A DNA stretch of 64,000 bases from Vicugna vicugna (GCA_013265495.1 MU058213.1:6650066-6714065), one strand, 5' to 3'; counted from the first letter of the stretch, positions 1 to 13,045 are shown. Numbers and translations are program-made. Notes: generated from the letters alone by a model not told the origin.

Positions 1-374
1 CTCAATTTATCCCTTCCCTCCTTTCTCCCCGGTAACCACAAGCTTGTTTTTCATGTCTGTGAGTCAGTCTCTGTTTTGTAAATAAGTTCATTTGTGTCCT
101 TTTTTAAAATTCCACATGTAAGAGATATATGGTATTTTTCTTTCTTTCTGGTGTACTTCACTTAGAACGATGATCTTCAGGTCCATCCATGTTACTGCAA
201 ATGGCATTATTTTATTCTTTTTTATGGCTGAGTAGTATTCCATTGTGCATATATATCACAACTTCTTTATCCAGTCACCTGTCAGTGGACATTTAGGTTG
301 CTTCCACGTCTTGGCTATTGTAAATAGTGCTGCTATGAACATTGGGGTGCATGTATCTTTTTGAATTAGTTTCC
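1..374 (-). mobile_element. Young LINE-1 3' region (ORF2 end/3'UTR), cut by window start
   Basis: Reverse complement of L1 3' sequence (ggtaaccacaagc..., tttttatggctgagtagtattccattgtg, gctatgaacattggggtgcatgtatc); closely similar to copies at 21503-21878 and 26440-26940. Confidence 0.92.
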
Positions 375-2139
375 TCATGGACGCATTTCTAATGGCAGCC
401 AATTGGGAGAACAGTGTTTGGGCAATAGGATGTCAAAGCTGAGGCTGAAGATCATTCCTGGTTTGTGTGTTAATGAGATAACGACATAGAAAACATCCAG
501 GGTGAAACCATAACTGCTACAATAGAATTTGGTTTTGGAAAGGAAAAAATAAACATAAGATTCAGAATATACAAAGAACATAAACCCTGCTGGAGGCATT
601 ATAAAGCACATTTAAAAAAAATTCACCTGTATAATACTTGCACATAGTAGGTACTCAACAAATGTCAGCTAGAGAATAAATCTACATGGTCTGATCTGCT
701 ATGCGGAAACCTTTTCCATTTACAGTATATGTTATTTTAATCCGTGTGATTTCCTGAACCAACATCTAAGACGCACAAAGTAGGGCTACGACCCCTTCTG
801 TGCCACAACAAAAAATTACAAACTTTTGGATTTGTCAGAATCCCACAGAACCATCCAGGCAAGATAAATAATTATAAATGCCAGCGAAGTTGCTTTCCTG
901 TTTTCCTTTTGATTCGTAAGGTTACTGGTGGATAAGATTATCTTTTATTTATATGGCATGCGGTAAAATTTTGAAAGGAGATTTTTTGCGTCCATCATAC
1001 TCTCCCTCCATAATTAAGCCTGTAGGGCTGGCTGGCTGGCTGATATTTTTTAATGCAGAGTTTGGTCAATTTCTGTTAACACTAACTTAGAGTTCAGAGC
1101 TCCACGTAGCACAGAAGTGTGAGAGAAAAACAATTTATATTAAAAATATTTTGAGAGGCGTTGAACAAACTGAAGATGCTTTCTGTGCTAACCGCCCAGC
1201 ACTTCTGTTCTGACATCACCAGTTTATACAGCGGTCCGAGCAAGCTCACCTTGCGCCGCCCGCACGTTTGATTTTCCCAGGTTCCTCGCTTGGCTTCCTT
1301 TTTCCTTTCATCCATGCCCTCCCGCTATAAATAAAGGTTTTCCCCCTCCCCCTCTTTGCTATGTGTTGTCTTTTTAATTATGCCCCAAACTCTAATAGAG
1401 TCAGTCCAGATCTTGTTTTGCCATTAACTTAGGAAGAAAAGAGGCCGCCTCCTGCATTTCACATGAAACGTTACAAGGGCTTTCATCTGGTCCCACCTGC
1501 AGCAGACAGAACAATAGGCAGCTATCATCTTGTGACACCCACCGCTAATTTATCCAACCAGAAGCCAGGTAGCGCTCCGCAGTGCCGCTCCTGTCTGAAG
1601 AGGTGCAGTAAATACTCAGCTTAATAGTAGCTTCTCAGGCAGGGGGGCAACATATCACAGCGTGGCATTTTTATAATCTTACTGGCATGCCGGCAGCCAG
1701 GAGCGCGGCTGTGCATCTTCCTCCTCAGTGGCGCTTAGAATGCGTGTAACTGTTAGATGGTGACACATTGTGCCTTTAAGCAAGTTTAACTGTTTTATAT
1801 CCCCTCTGATCTGCGGCTTTGTACATCTGTTAAGCTGCCTCTTAAAACTTCTGTGGGCACATCTGTGGAGCCGCTTCTTGTAGCTTGGCATGCGTTGTGG
1901 GCCTGGTGTGGGGTTTCTTTTGACTGCCTCTTATTTATCTGTGAGGAGTTTCTCTGTTGCGCTGGAAGGCCACAGCTAAATACATCATCTGGGCCCAAAA
2001 GATAATAATAACCTTGTGACAGTGGGGAGAAATATACTTAGCAATGGCTGAACGAAAAGCTGGTCTGGAGAAGCACTGATCAAAAAAACAAACAAAAAGC
2101 AACTTTTTTTTTTTAACATTTATTTCTCCTATGTCTGTG

Positions 2140-2930
2140 ATCATTTGGGCTTCAGCTAATCTGGTTCCAGGCTTGTATTAGTCAGGGTTCTGCAGAGCAA
2201 TAGAACCAACAGAAGATAGACATGGAAGAGAAGAATTATAGGAATTGACCCACACAATTGTGCAGGCTAAAAAGTCCCATGATATGCGTCTGCAAGTCGG
2301 AGAACCAGGAAAGCCCATGGCATAATTCAGTCTGAGTTCAGAGGCCTCAGTACCAAGAGCTCTGATGACTGAGGACAAGAGAAGATGGATGTCCCAACTT
2401 AAGAAGAGATAAATTCACACTTCCTCCACCTTTTTGTTCTATTCAGGTCTTCAATGGATTGGATGCTGCCTGCCCACTTTGGGGAGGGCCGACTTCTTTA
2501 CTCAGTTTACTGATTCTAACTTCTTCCAGAAATATCCTCACAGCCACATTCAGAAATAGCATTTTACCAGTTATCTGGGCATCCTTTAGCCCAGTCAAGT
2601 GGGCACATTAAATTAACCATCACAAAGCTGTAGAGTGGCCCAAGGTCTGCTCCACGTGTCTCATCATCCTTAAACAAGAGGTTACCCGAGGCACATTCTT
2701 CCTATGAGGAAACACAACTTTGCTTCAAGCTAACTTCCTGTTGGCCAAAGCAAATCACGTGCATGGCCAAGCCCAAGTCAAGGGACAGTGCAGTACACTC
2801 TGCTTATCACGAGGCCAAAGCAAGTCATGGGGCCACGGTCAGCATCAAAAGGGGCAGGAAAATATATTCCTCTCAGGAAACTGGGACAGGCGGAGGAAGT
2901 GACTATTTGCTGAACAACAATCTAACCTGC
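2140..2930. mobile_element. Old MaLR LTR (MLT1J/K-like), split by an MLT2 insertion
   Basis: ggttccaggct...ggtctgctccacgtgtctcatc and ttggccaaagcaaatcacgtgcatggccaagcccaagtcaaggg resemble MLT1J/K; the sequence resumes after 2624. Boundaries approximate. Confidence 0.65.
2174..2624 (-). mobile_element. MLT2-family (ERVL) solo LTR
   Basis: Begins tgtattagtcagggttct and ends cccagtcaagt...aattaaccatcaca (reverse of the MLT2 start tgtgatggttaat); flanks aggct (2169-2173) / aagct (2625-2629) form a 5-bp TSD with 1 mismatch. Confidence 0.88.
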
Positions 2931-3900
2931 AATACTATTGCTGTCTACAAAGTAGAGAAAGCACTGAAATGTGCTCAGTCGTGGGATTCTTTATACACCG
3001 AGTCCATCAGTGTGGGTTCCATTTCTGAAAGATGCCAAGGGCACCACGAAAGGGTGAACAACTGAAAGATATCGCCTGTGATAAAGAGCTCACCTCTATA
3101 ACCCGTCTGTCTGACTCACTAGAAAACTTTGAGAACCTGGTCCTGATTCTTTAGGTTTTGGTGATATAATCCAGTTTGAAAATTTCTCTGCAAGGAAAAA
3201 GGAAAAGAGGTCCTGGCTGACGAACTCAGCTTTTTAAATATTTATCTTTTCTCTTGATGTTGTAAACTCTGTTCATTCAAAACACCTGTCTTCTGCTCTT
3301 TTAGCACTTTTGGTGTCTAAATAAACAAAATAAAAGTGTGCAAAGGTGCCTGGGGTTTCCTTCAGGGATGATACTCATTTGCACACATGAGGATGGCATA
3401 GAGCTGGCATCCACTCTGACTGGCCAAGGACCATTAGGAAAGGGGGTACCCTTCCTACGTGGTTAGTTAAATATTTTGAGTATCACCACTGGCTGAATAT
3501 ATTTACAGTTCTGTGATGCTGTCTCTTTGTTAGGCATGTAAATTATGATTCTAGATTGGCTTCTCAACTCTTCTAAGGGAAACCACCTCACCCACAGCCT
3601 TTGTGGAACATCCGCTTTTAGGTGAATCACAAAGCTGCACATCCCACCCACTGCCCCCACCCTGGCCACAGCTGACTGAACCATGGATGGGCACCTGACC
3701 CAAAGACAGCCAGCAACCATGCTCAGGTCTGTTAGGTGGCTTGTCACTAGGTCCCTCTTTAGATGCACTGGATCAATTCAATTCTCTTAGAATAATGAAT
3801 GGGTAAGCGCAGAGTAAACCAGATGTCATCAGTGGCTAAAAGTTTACCTGGAAGAATGAGATTTGCACTGTGTTTTAAAATCAATGTGTTGAAGTCAATC

Positions 3901-4160
3901 TGTGTTAGTTATCTATGCAGCATGACAAATCACCCCCAAACTTAGTGGCTTTAAACAGCAATAAACATTCATTTATCTCATAGTTTCCAGGCATAATTAG
4001 CCAGGCTCTCTGCTTTAGGGTCTCTCAGGAAGTTGCATTCAAGGTGCTGGCTGAGGCAGTGGCCATCTCAAGACTCAGCTGAGGCAGGATCCACTTATAA
4101 GGGTTAAAATACCAGGAAGCCGAGATCCTTGGGAACCATCTTGCAAAGCTACCTACCAGA
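3901..4160 (-). mobile_element. MLT1 (F/H-like) MaLR LTR, internally deleted
   Basis: tgtgttagttatctat...acaaatcacccccaaacttagtggctttaaacagcaataaacattcatttatctca is the typical MLT1 terminus. Confidence 0.8.
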
Positions 4161-5214
4161 GTCGCTTTTTAAGTTTACTTGTAAAACAACTATTGCAAGG
4201 GCTTTAAAAGTGTTTAAAACTCTAGAAATATCTGCACAGCCATTTCTATTTGTTGAATTAATTATAGTTAAACAAATGAGGTCTTGTTCAGTGGTTAATT
4301 ACACAGGTTTGGTGAGCAAACATAGTTCGTAACTTTAAGTGAACAAATCCTACTCTGCACAACAAATATTCTAATAAATGCTTTCGCTAACAAATAGTTA
4401 TTATCTCAAGCTTACAAGTCAGTGTTCTTCAGAACTACTAAAGCAAACCTCTGAGTACTACAAAGGAAAGACCTTTGGTCTTTCCAGTTAAAAAATACAT
4501 ATTAAAAAATAAAAAACTTACAAGATGACAAAATACAGAAAGTGAGTATGGATTTACCTCAAATTCTATGAGAATTAATACATAAATATTGACCAATACT
4601 CTCTCTTATCTTTTTAAACAAAAGATAATGGCCATCCCAGGGTTTTGCATCCTCAAAATCTCTTGTGTCAACCAGTTCTTCATTTAAAGCCCTTTATTAA
4701 AGATCATTGAATGCTATGTCTGGCAAATGGCTTTTACTCTAATTTCCACCAAAGTGGAATTAAAGAATCTGGGGCTTATAATGCTCCATTTCCACAGTCT
4801 GGGAGAGAGGGAAGCCAGCGGGCCATCCTGGACCAGAAGAAGCCAAAGGTATGAGGAAACTGAAGGCATGAATGAACAGAGCTTTGAGATGAAATAACAC
4901 TTGTTGAAAAGAGGCAGCAAACACACAGTGGAGGAGGTGGAAGGAGACCGGAAGGAAGGTAATGGCACCAGATGGAAGATCTATGACCTCCTGCCACTGA
5001 GGCTGCCTTGGGATCACTTCCAGTCTCTGCCAGGGTCTGCTCGGACCCCTATTTTAGTTCCTGGATTCATCTCCTTAGTAACCCGCTACATCCCCCTCCC
5101 TCCATCTCCCTATTCCATTGACATTACTTGCTTGAGTGAATCTTCAAGAAAATGGATACTACATATTTATAAAAGGGCACTTTTTTGGTTTAGCTCCAAT
5201 TCAAGTTACCTAAA

Positions 5215-5955
5215 GTTAAAGGAGGTTTTTACTGCGGTAAAATACACTTACATACAATTTACCATCTTAGTCTTTTTAAAGCATACAGTTCAGTGGTGTT
5301 AGGTACATTCACAATATTGTACAAACATCACCACCATCTATCTCCTGGTATTTCTTCTTCCCCAACTAAAACTCCATGCCAATCAAACACTAACTCCTCC
5401 AACTTCTGGCAGCCACTATTCTGCTTTCTGTCTCATGAACTTTACTATGCCAGGTATTTCACATAAGTGGCATCATACAGTATTTGCCCTTTTGTGACTG
5501 GCCTATTTCACCTGGTAAAATGTCTTCAAGGTTCTAGCGTGCATGACAGTTTCCTTCCTCTTTAAGCCTGAGTAATATTCCATTGTATGTACATCCCACA
5601 TTTTGTTTATCCATTCATCTGTGGATGGACACTTGGACTGCTTCCAACTTTGGCTATTGTGAATAATGCTGCTATGAACATGGGTGTATGAACATACCCA
5701 GAAGTGGAACTGGTGGCTCATATGGTAATTCTCTTCCCTGCTTTCATTTCTTTCACATACATATCCAGAAGTGGAACTGGTGGCTCATATGGTAATTCTA
5801 TGCTTCATTTTTTGAGGAACTGCCATACTGTTTCCCTGTGCCATTTTACATTCCCACCAACAGTGTACCAGGGTCCCAATTTCTCCACATTCTCCTAACA
5901 CTTGTTATCTTCTAGTTTGTGGAGAGTAGCCACCTTGATGAGTGTGAGATGATCA
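5215..5955 (-). mobile_element. Old L1 (L1MB-like) 3' end
   Basis: aatttaccatctta...catacagttcagtggtgttaggtacattcaca, atccattcatctgtggatggacacttgg, cattttacattcccaccaacagtg; minus ORF 5503-5721 gives the L1 ORF2 C-terminal-like WKQSKCPSTDEWINKMW. Confidence 0.9.
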
Positions 5956-7944
5956 AAGGGAGTTTTACTAAAGAGATGCGTGAACTGATTTGGTACTGGA
6001 ACCAGAATGGAAAAGATTCTCAGGGATCTGTTTCTCTCTGCCTTGGCATCTCAGCTTCTTTCTACAGCTTTGCTTGGTTTTCCTCATTGTACTGATTGAC
6101 TTTTTCTGCTCACTTGGAGTTTTTGCCCCCTTGTCCCTTTGACTTGCACATGGCCCATCACGGCTACTTCGGTCCACTCTATATGCTGTGACTTCTTCAG
6201 CATCTTTTTGTCTTAAATATCCATTGACACCCACACAGGACTGACTCTTAGTTACCCCACACTGAATCAATGACAGAGGACTCTGATTATTCTGATTCAT
6301 CATTTTGATCATACACCTGTCCAATAATAGGCTAACCTAGGGTTAGGTAACCAGTTCTGGTCTGATCAGAAGGACAGAGTCACTTTGAGAAATGACCAAT
6401 AAGACATTGAGGGCAGAAGGTGGGGCAGAACCCCTAAAAGGAAGGATGTGTGTGTATAATGGGCAATGGTTGGCCATACTGAGTGATGTCTTCATCAGAT
6501 TTTCCATTATCAATCCATTCATCAATCAGTACATATTACTCTATAAGAGGTGTTGGGCTAGGCACTGTTAGTTAATAATTAACATTTACTAAACACTTAT
6601 AATGTGTCAAGCACTGATCTAGGAGATCATGAGACTATGGGACACCACAAAGTGATAATGACATTCACAAGATATCTGTAACCTCCTTAGACATGAATCA
6701 TTTACTCTCACACAACTTTAAGTTGCAAAACAAAACACCAACAGTAAAAAAGTTCTTTAGTAATTTCTTGACTAACTTCACCAAAAGTGATACAGATAGT
6801 AAGTGCTGTGCATCCTGCGGGCCGCTATAGTGCGAAATTATCTGAGAAGTCTTTACAGAGGACTTGCTCTAGGATTTTAAGGATGCACAGGTTTCAGATA
6901 ATTAGGTGCCAGAGAAAGTAACTGATTATTGACCAAATATTTCCTGCATGCTGACTACGGTCAGGCACTGTACGAGAAGCTAGAGCTATACAAGAGAACA
7001 AGACGTTCCCTTGAAGGATCTTACAGTCTAGAGAGAGACAGACAAGGAAACAGAGAAGAGCTGTAGGAGTATTATCTCCTAGTGTGGGAAACGTTAAGCT
7101 ATATTCCCAGAAAAATGTAGCGTCTGTTATCATCATCATAGAAGCCTGACTAAGACCTGCTGTTTGGAAATTAATGCAGCCCTTGCAGGCTACAGCGGAC
7201 CAGCAAAACGTGCCCGCTTCAAGCCTCACAGAAGTGGCCACAGTCTCAGGGACCTGCTCCTGCCCACCTCTGGATGGGATGCAGAAGGGACAGGCTGCCC
7301 TGGGTTACCCCCCAGTACTCTTCAAAAGACTCCGCAGCGCTGCTACTTTCTAGAGCCAGCTGGCTGGGGGGCAGAAGCTCTTGGCTCCACCTAGGGAGAC
7401 GACAACACTGGTGAGACAGAGAGGAGAGAGAGGCTGAAATCTAGAGGGGAAGAATGGAGTTTCCAAACAGCCAAAGGGTGCCTAGTCCACCGGGCTGCAG
7501 TCTTCCATGGAACAAACCTCGTTTTCTGATTTGCTTAATGTTCTCTGATCACACAGCCACCCTGCAGCAGAGAGATGATAGCAGACACTCACTCTACAGA
7601 CATTATGGTTTCCACTTGTTTGTTTTCAATTAATTTATTTTTCCTTTTTAAACCATGAACTGTTGGTTTACTGTAACACTTGGTGTTGAAAAACAAATGG
7701 TTGCTTGTTCTCTACTCTAATGCCAAACAAGCACTCTCATTTCTATTAACCCCAGTTTTAGTGACTCCAGAGGGCTTAGTAAACAACGACAACAAAAAAG
7801 CTGAAGCCACATCCCAACATCATCAAGAAGTCCTACAGGAAGTGCCTGATGTTGCCTGCACATTCGATTACCTTCACACTGTCAGTCCAGGCTTTCTGAA
7901 TATTTAGAATATAAACTTCTGGCCTTTTAAAATGAGGATTATTT

Positions 7945-8045
7945 GTGGTGGGGAGAAGGTATAGCTCAGTGGTAAAGTGTGTGCTTAGCATGCATGATGT
8001 CCTGGGTTCAATCCCTGGTACCTCCATTAAAATTTTTTTTTTTTT
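7945..8045 (+). mobile_element. tRNA-Ala(AGC)-derived SINE (camelid vic-1 type)
   Basis: ggtatagctcagtggtaaagtgtgtgcttagcatgcatgatgtcctgggttcaatccctggtacctcca matches tRNA-Ala-AGC with A/B boxes and CpG decay; TSD aaatgaggattattt (7930-7944) / aaatgagggctattt (8046-8060). Confidence 0.9.
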
Positions 8046-8302
8046 AAATGAGGGCTATTTAGTTCAGAAGCCAAACGGGAACTTCTTTGGTACAAAGTTT
8101 CCACTTTTTCTCTGGCAGGCTATCAGGAGGTACTTCCCAGGGGACGCGCATCAGTACAGCTTTCAGAGACAGGAATCTGAACTTGATCCCGTGTAAGCTG
8201 GGGGACCAGGAAGGGCAACATGGCAGATGAACTTATTTTATTTCACTGCCTTTACATGGTGATGAGGTCCTTATCCCTGCCTTCCATTCAAGTCCAGTAA
8301 AT

Positions 8303-8320
8303 CTCTACGAGGGGGCAGCA
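8303..8320 (+). promoter_or_regulatory. CTCF-like motif
   Basis: ctctacgagggggcagca resembles the CTCF core CCACCAGGGGGCAG; motif match only. Confidence 0.35.
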
Positions 8321-11300
8321 GGATCAGATCATACATTTAAATTATTTTCAGAGACGTTAAGCAATTTCAGCTTCTTTAATGCAGCCGCCTTCTGAAGGAA
8401 CGATAAATCTCCAAACCGAAGAGAGGCTTCCCCCTTTCAAATTCTAGCTGCGAAAGACTGATTATGTATTTAAGCTTTGGAGCTGTGTAAAGCTTTGTTA
8501 GGCAAATCAGTGACCAAACCATCTCTCCCAGCCCCACACCTACAGCTCCTATTTATACAGGATGCATTTTCTAGGGCTCTAAGAGCAGACTTAACACGGT
8601 CGTCATCAGTCCTTCCCAAAGCGTTCGAGGAGCTGGGGACTTGGTTGAGCTGACAGCAGACTTTTCACTTCAACAAGCTTCACTACTATAATGGAAATCC
8701 GAAGGCCTGGAAACAATGTACTTGACTTCCCTGACTAATTTTATTATGCAGACATACTTAATGGCTCCTGTTACAATCACATCCGGGGTGGGAAACAGTA
8801 CTAGATTGTGACGATCACACTAAATCGACAAGGATTATCAGTCATTAAAGAGGAACCAAATTAGCATCAAGCAGTAATATTTTATACTTATCAACTCTTC
8901 GGCTGGTCAAGGTCCATTACTGAACGACACCATAAAGGCAGGAGCCGTCAGCTCATTCTCCAGAACATTTAAATCTCTATTGTATTTGTGTAGGATATAA
9001 TTTCTGGTAGCAATAAAGCCTAATAAAGGTTACACCCCGATGAATAAAGTGTTCATAAATTGACCCATGACATTTAAATGGATAATTATATTTGAGATAA
9101 AGGAAGAATCTCTCATTTCAGGGAAGAAGGGCCCAACCCAAGTTACCCACCAGCTACATGGTTTTACATGGCTTTATGGTGACATAAAATATTAATATTG
9201 CTGCGTACCATTGTACTAGATTAATTATTCATCCGGTCTTCCCAACAACTCCTGTCTATCAGAATCATCAAGACTAAATGTAAAATGTTCCCACATGATA
9301 AGAAATTGAGTGGAAATTAACTATTTCCTGTATTTCTAGGCACGGGTGACTAATGCTAGTGTTTATCTTCCCATCAACCCCGACCCTGCCACGGCGTGTC
9401 AGCCTGTCACTAGATTTTATCTTCACGTGGCAGAGAAGTGTAAAATAGAATCAGGACGTGATTAGGAGGAGACTGAAAGACTTGTTACTGAATGTGACGT
9501 ATTAGATCCAACTGGAACAGCTGAACATATGTTATGTACTGCAGCCTCTCAGTTCTCATTAGGACTGTGCCACAGACAACTAACAAAACCTATCTAGGAA
9601 AAGCAAAACAAAGCAGAAAAGCTGCAGGGGTTGTAAGCATGGCTCCCCTTCCATCTCTGGGGTGAAGCTTCTCCTCTACACTTCTTTGTACTGCATTAGA
9701 CTCGGGAAAAAGAGACTCACATGCGACACAACCAACGCCAACTTGTTTCCTTAATCAATTAATATTTAATTTGTACATTCATTCAACAAACATTTATGCA
9801 TTCATATGATAAGGCTATTTGACTCTTTTGAGAAAAGATTGGTTATATTATATTTTCTCACATAAATGAAATGCAGAAAATGTTACGAATCCCAAGAAGA
9901 AATTCCAGAGAATGCAGCTACCAAGACTGTCATCTCTTCTAAAGCAGGGACTGGGCTTTATTATTCTTTATATGTCAGGTGCTTAGTAATAAATCTTCAG
10001 TGGGTAAATAAATATAATTTGTTTTTGAAGGAATTTTCATCCCCACAAAATGGTGGAGTAGAAACTCCAAACGGATTTCCCTGGATAAATTACAAAATCT
10101 TCTTTAGAAATGCAATGTTGAGTTGGAAACAAAGTAAGGAATCCTCTGATGCCAAAAATACAGTGAAAGTGGGAATCCACAGGGCAGTGAGGTCAACTTT
10201 CAGTCGGGAGAGCTTCTGATAAGTTCCGGTGACTCTGAGATTCTATTATGACTACTGCATGGGAAGAGGGAGACAGAAGGCCAAACTTACAGCCCACCCA
10301 AGATGGCGAGCTTAACAGGAAATCCCTGCATAATCTGGGATCCTAAAAAGCTGTATCATTAGAGAAATAGTGAACTAGAAATAAACACACCTACAGAGGG
10401 GGACTAAAAGAAAACTGCCTTTCCTGACCTTGATGATGGGAAGAGGGGAAACAAAACCTTTCATAACTACAAGTAAGCCTACATGTAGATCTGCATTCCA
10501 AATTACATTTTCAGAATATTCTCAGAAAGGCCAAGTCAAAAATTTAGTTTAAAGTCGTGTAAGGTGCCTAGATAAAGCACTTGTTAAACCCTCTGTAAAG
10601 GAACATCCTTTAAACCAAGGCTTTCAAAATATTGATGAAATCTTGAGTTTACTGTAATGATTACAGTAGCAATTAAAAATAATAAAGAAATAAGATACAG
10701 ATGACAACAAATTTATCAATCAGGAGAATATTAGAATTTCAGACATGAAATGAAAGTAATTATGTTTTAATATGTTTAATATGAATATGGAACATGGAGT
10801 CTTAAAAATGATAAAGTAGATTTGAAAAAGAACCAGATGGAATTTCTAGAAATAAAATATCAAACAACGGGAATCAAAACTTAATAAATAGACTAGATAC
10901 AGCTAAAGAAACAAACAGTGAAAGGACAGAGCCAAGGAAATTACTCACAGTGCCACCGAGAAAAAGCAACTGAAAAGGGATAAAAATATTAATGAGAAGG
11001 TAAGTGACATGGAACATAGAGTGGAAAATGTCTTACTTACATCTAATCAGGGTTACATAAACAGGTGTAAGAAAATGTAAGAGAGATTCAAAAGCGAATG
11101 GATGACAAATTTCTAGAACTGACAAAAGACACTAACTTTCAACACCAAGAGCCAAAGTCATCTGAAGCAGGATAAATAAGAAGAAATTCACATGTGGACA
11201 ACAAACTAAAATTTTAAAACACTGAAGAAAAGGAGATGATATTGAAACTAGCTATGGAAAAAAGATAGCTCATCTGGCAAAGGAATGTCACTTAGACTAA

Positions 11301-11540
11301 GCTAATTTTCAACAGCCACAATACAATCCAGAAGACAATGGAACGATCTAGTATTCGAGAGAAAAAAATAATTGTTAAAGCAGACTTCTATACCCAATAA
11401 AATTATCTCCCAAGAATGGAATAGACAAGCAAAAACAGAATTTTCTATCAAAATACTGGCATGAAAGGAAATTCTAAGTGGTATTCTACAGGCATAGAAA
11501 AAAAGGATCCCAAATGAAAGTTCAATATTTAATGGGAAAA

Positions 11541-11729
11541 ACTGTAGAATAGATAAACAAGATTACACTGTAGAGCACAGGGAAATATACACAAGATCTT
11601 GCAGTAGCTCACAGAGAAAAAATGTGACAATGAATATATGTATGTTCATGTATGACTGAAAAATTGTGCTCTACACTGGAATTTGACACAAATCATTGTA
11701 AAATGATTATAAATCAATAAATTAAAAAA
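11541..11729 (+). mobile_element. Young 5'-truncated lineage-specific L1 3' end
   Basis: gtagaatagataaacaagattacactgtagagcacagggaaatatacacaag...aatcaataaattaaaaaaa; perfect 14-bp TSD atttaatgggaaaa at 11527-11540 and 11730-11743. Confidence 0.92.
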
Positions 11730-12477
11730 ATTTAATGGGAAAATGTGAGCACAGAAATTGAGAAATATATAGATAAAACTAAAGGAAAATTTACTTTATA
11801 AAACAATAGTTGTTAATTTGAGATTGATAAAAAATAAGATATAACTAAAAATATAGGAAGAAAATAACAAATAAATTAGAATGGGGATAATCAGAATTAA
11901 AATGCTGTAAGCTCCTCTTATTGTCTTAAGAAAGGTTTAAATATTACCTTTGTATTTAAAAAAATACTTATACTAAAACATGTAGGGTAGTCAGTAAAAG
12001 TATAGCAATGGAGTATAAAACTCCCAACTTTGGAGAGAGTAAAAGAAGAATGAGGGAAAGAGAAATATGATAAAAAAGAAAGGAAAGAGGAAAAAGATAA
12101 ACAGAATGAATAAATGAAAAATACAAAATAAGGGAGCATAGATGAACCCAAACATCTCACTAACCTCAATACATTTCAAAGACTAAACTATCCAATTAAA
12201 TGACAAAGGTTTTTCAGAGTGGATGAAAAACATGACAATGACAAAAAACTATCACAATTCTTAATGACTATATAGTTAATAGTATGGCTTCAAAACATGT
12301 AGAGCAAAAACTGACAGAGCCACAAAGAGAAACTGAAAAAAAAATTCACCTTTTTCTTAATCATTCATAAGACAGATAATCAGTAAAAGATACAGTCGAT
12401 CTAAACACAACAGGCAAACTTCACCTGATGGATAAATATAAAACATTGCACCCAAATGGAAAGCACACAAACTTTTG

Positions 12478-12866
12478 GTATTAGTTTTCTATCACTGCTA
12501 TAACAAATTACAACTCAGCAACTTAAAACAACACATACTTATTATCTGACAGTTTCATGCGTCTTACTAGGCCAAAACCAGCGTGCCAGGACTGCTTTCC
12601 ATACTGATGCACAGGGGGATGATGTGTTCCCTGGCCCATGCAGGTGGTTGGCAGAATTAGTTCTATGCGATTACAGGACCGCAGCCCCATCTCCCTGCTG
12701 GCTGTTGGCCTAGACTGTTCTTAGCTTCTGGAAGCCACCCTATGTTCTTTGGCTTATGGACCCCTTCAAGTTAAAAGCCATCAAGGGTGTTCAAGTCCTT
12801 TTCTCACACTTCATCTCTTCTGCCTCCTCCTCTGTCTCATCCCTGAATAACAGGAGAAAGCTCTCC
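12478..12866 (-). mobile_element. MLT1 (D/E-like) MaLR LTR fragment
   Basis: gtattagttttctatcactgctataacaaattac...ttaaaacaacacatacttattatct; gtggttggcagaattagttct...ccccatctccctgctggctgttggcc. Confidence 0.8.
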
Positions 12867-12916
12867 TACAAATCAGTAAGAAAAGGATAGCTCAGCAGAA
12901 AGTTAGGAACGAGCTG

Positions 12917-13045
12917 TCACGGAAAAGAATCTGAAAAAAAAATGTACGCAGATGTACAACTAAATCGCTTTGTGGTACACGTGAAACTAACATTGTAAAT
13001 CAACTACACTTCAATAAAAAAAATAAGATTTGAAATTTTTAAAAA
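12917..13045 (+). mobile_element. Short L1 3' end with A-tail
   Basis: ggaaaagaatctgaaaaa...aaatcgctttgtggtacacgtgaaactaacattgtaaatcaactacacttcaataaaaa; degenerate TSD agaaagttaggaa / agaaaattgggaa. Confidence 0.8.

Noticed and set aside
1683..1749. Possible minus-strand exon (ctaacag acceptor, gtaaga donor)
   Set aside because: Weak polypyrimidine tract, non-G at donor -1, no recognisable peptide; cannot be supported without RNA data.
7957..8027. Functional tRNA-Ala gene
   Set aside because: Stem-disrupting CpG decay, altered 5' end, flanking TSD and dispersed paralogs indicate a SINE.
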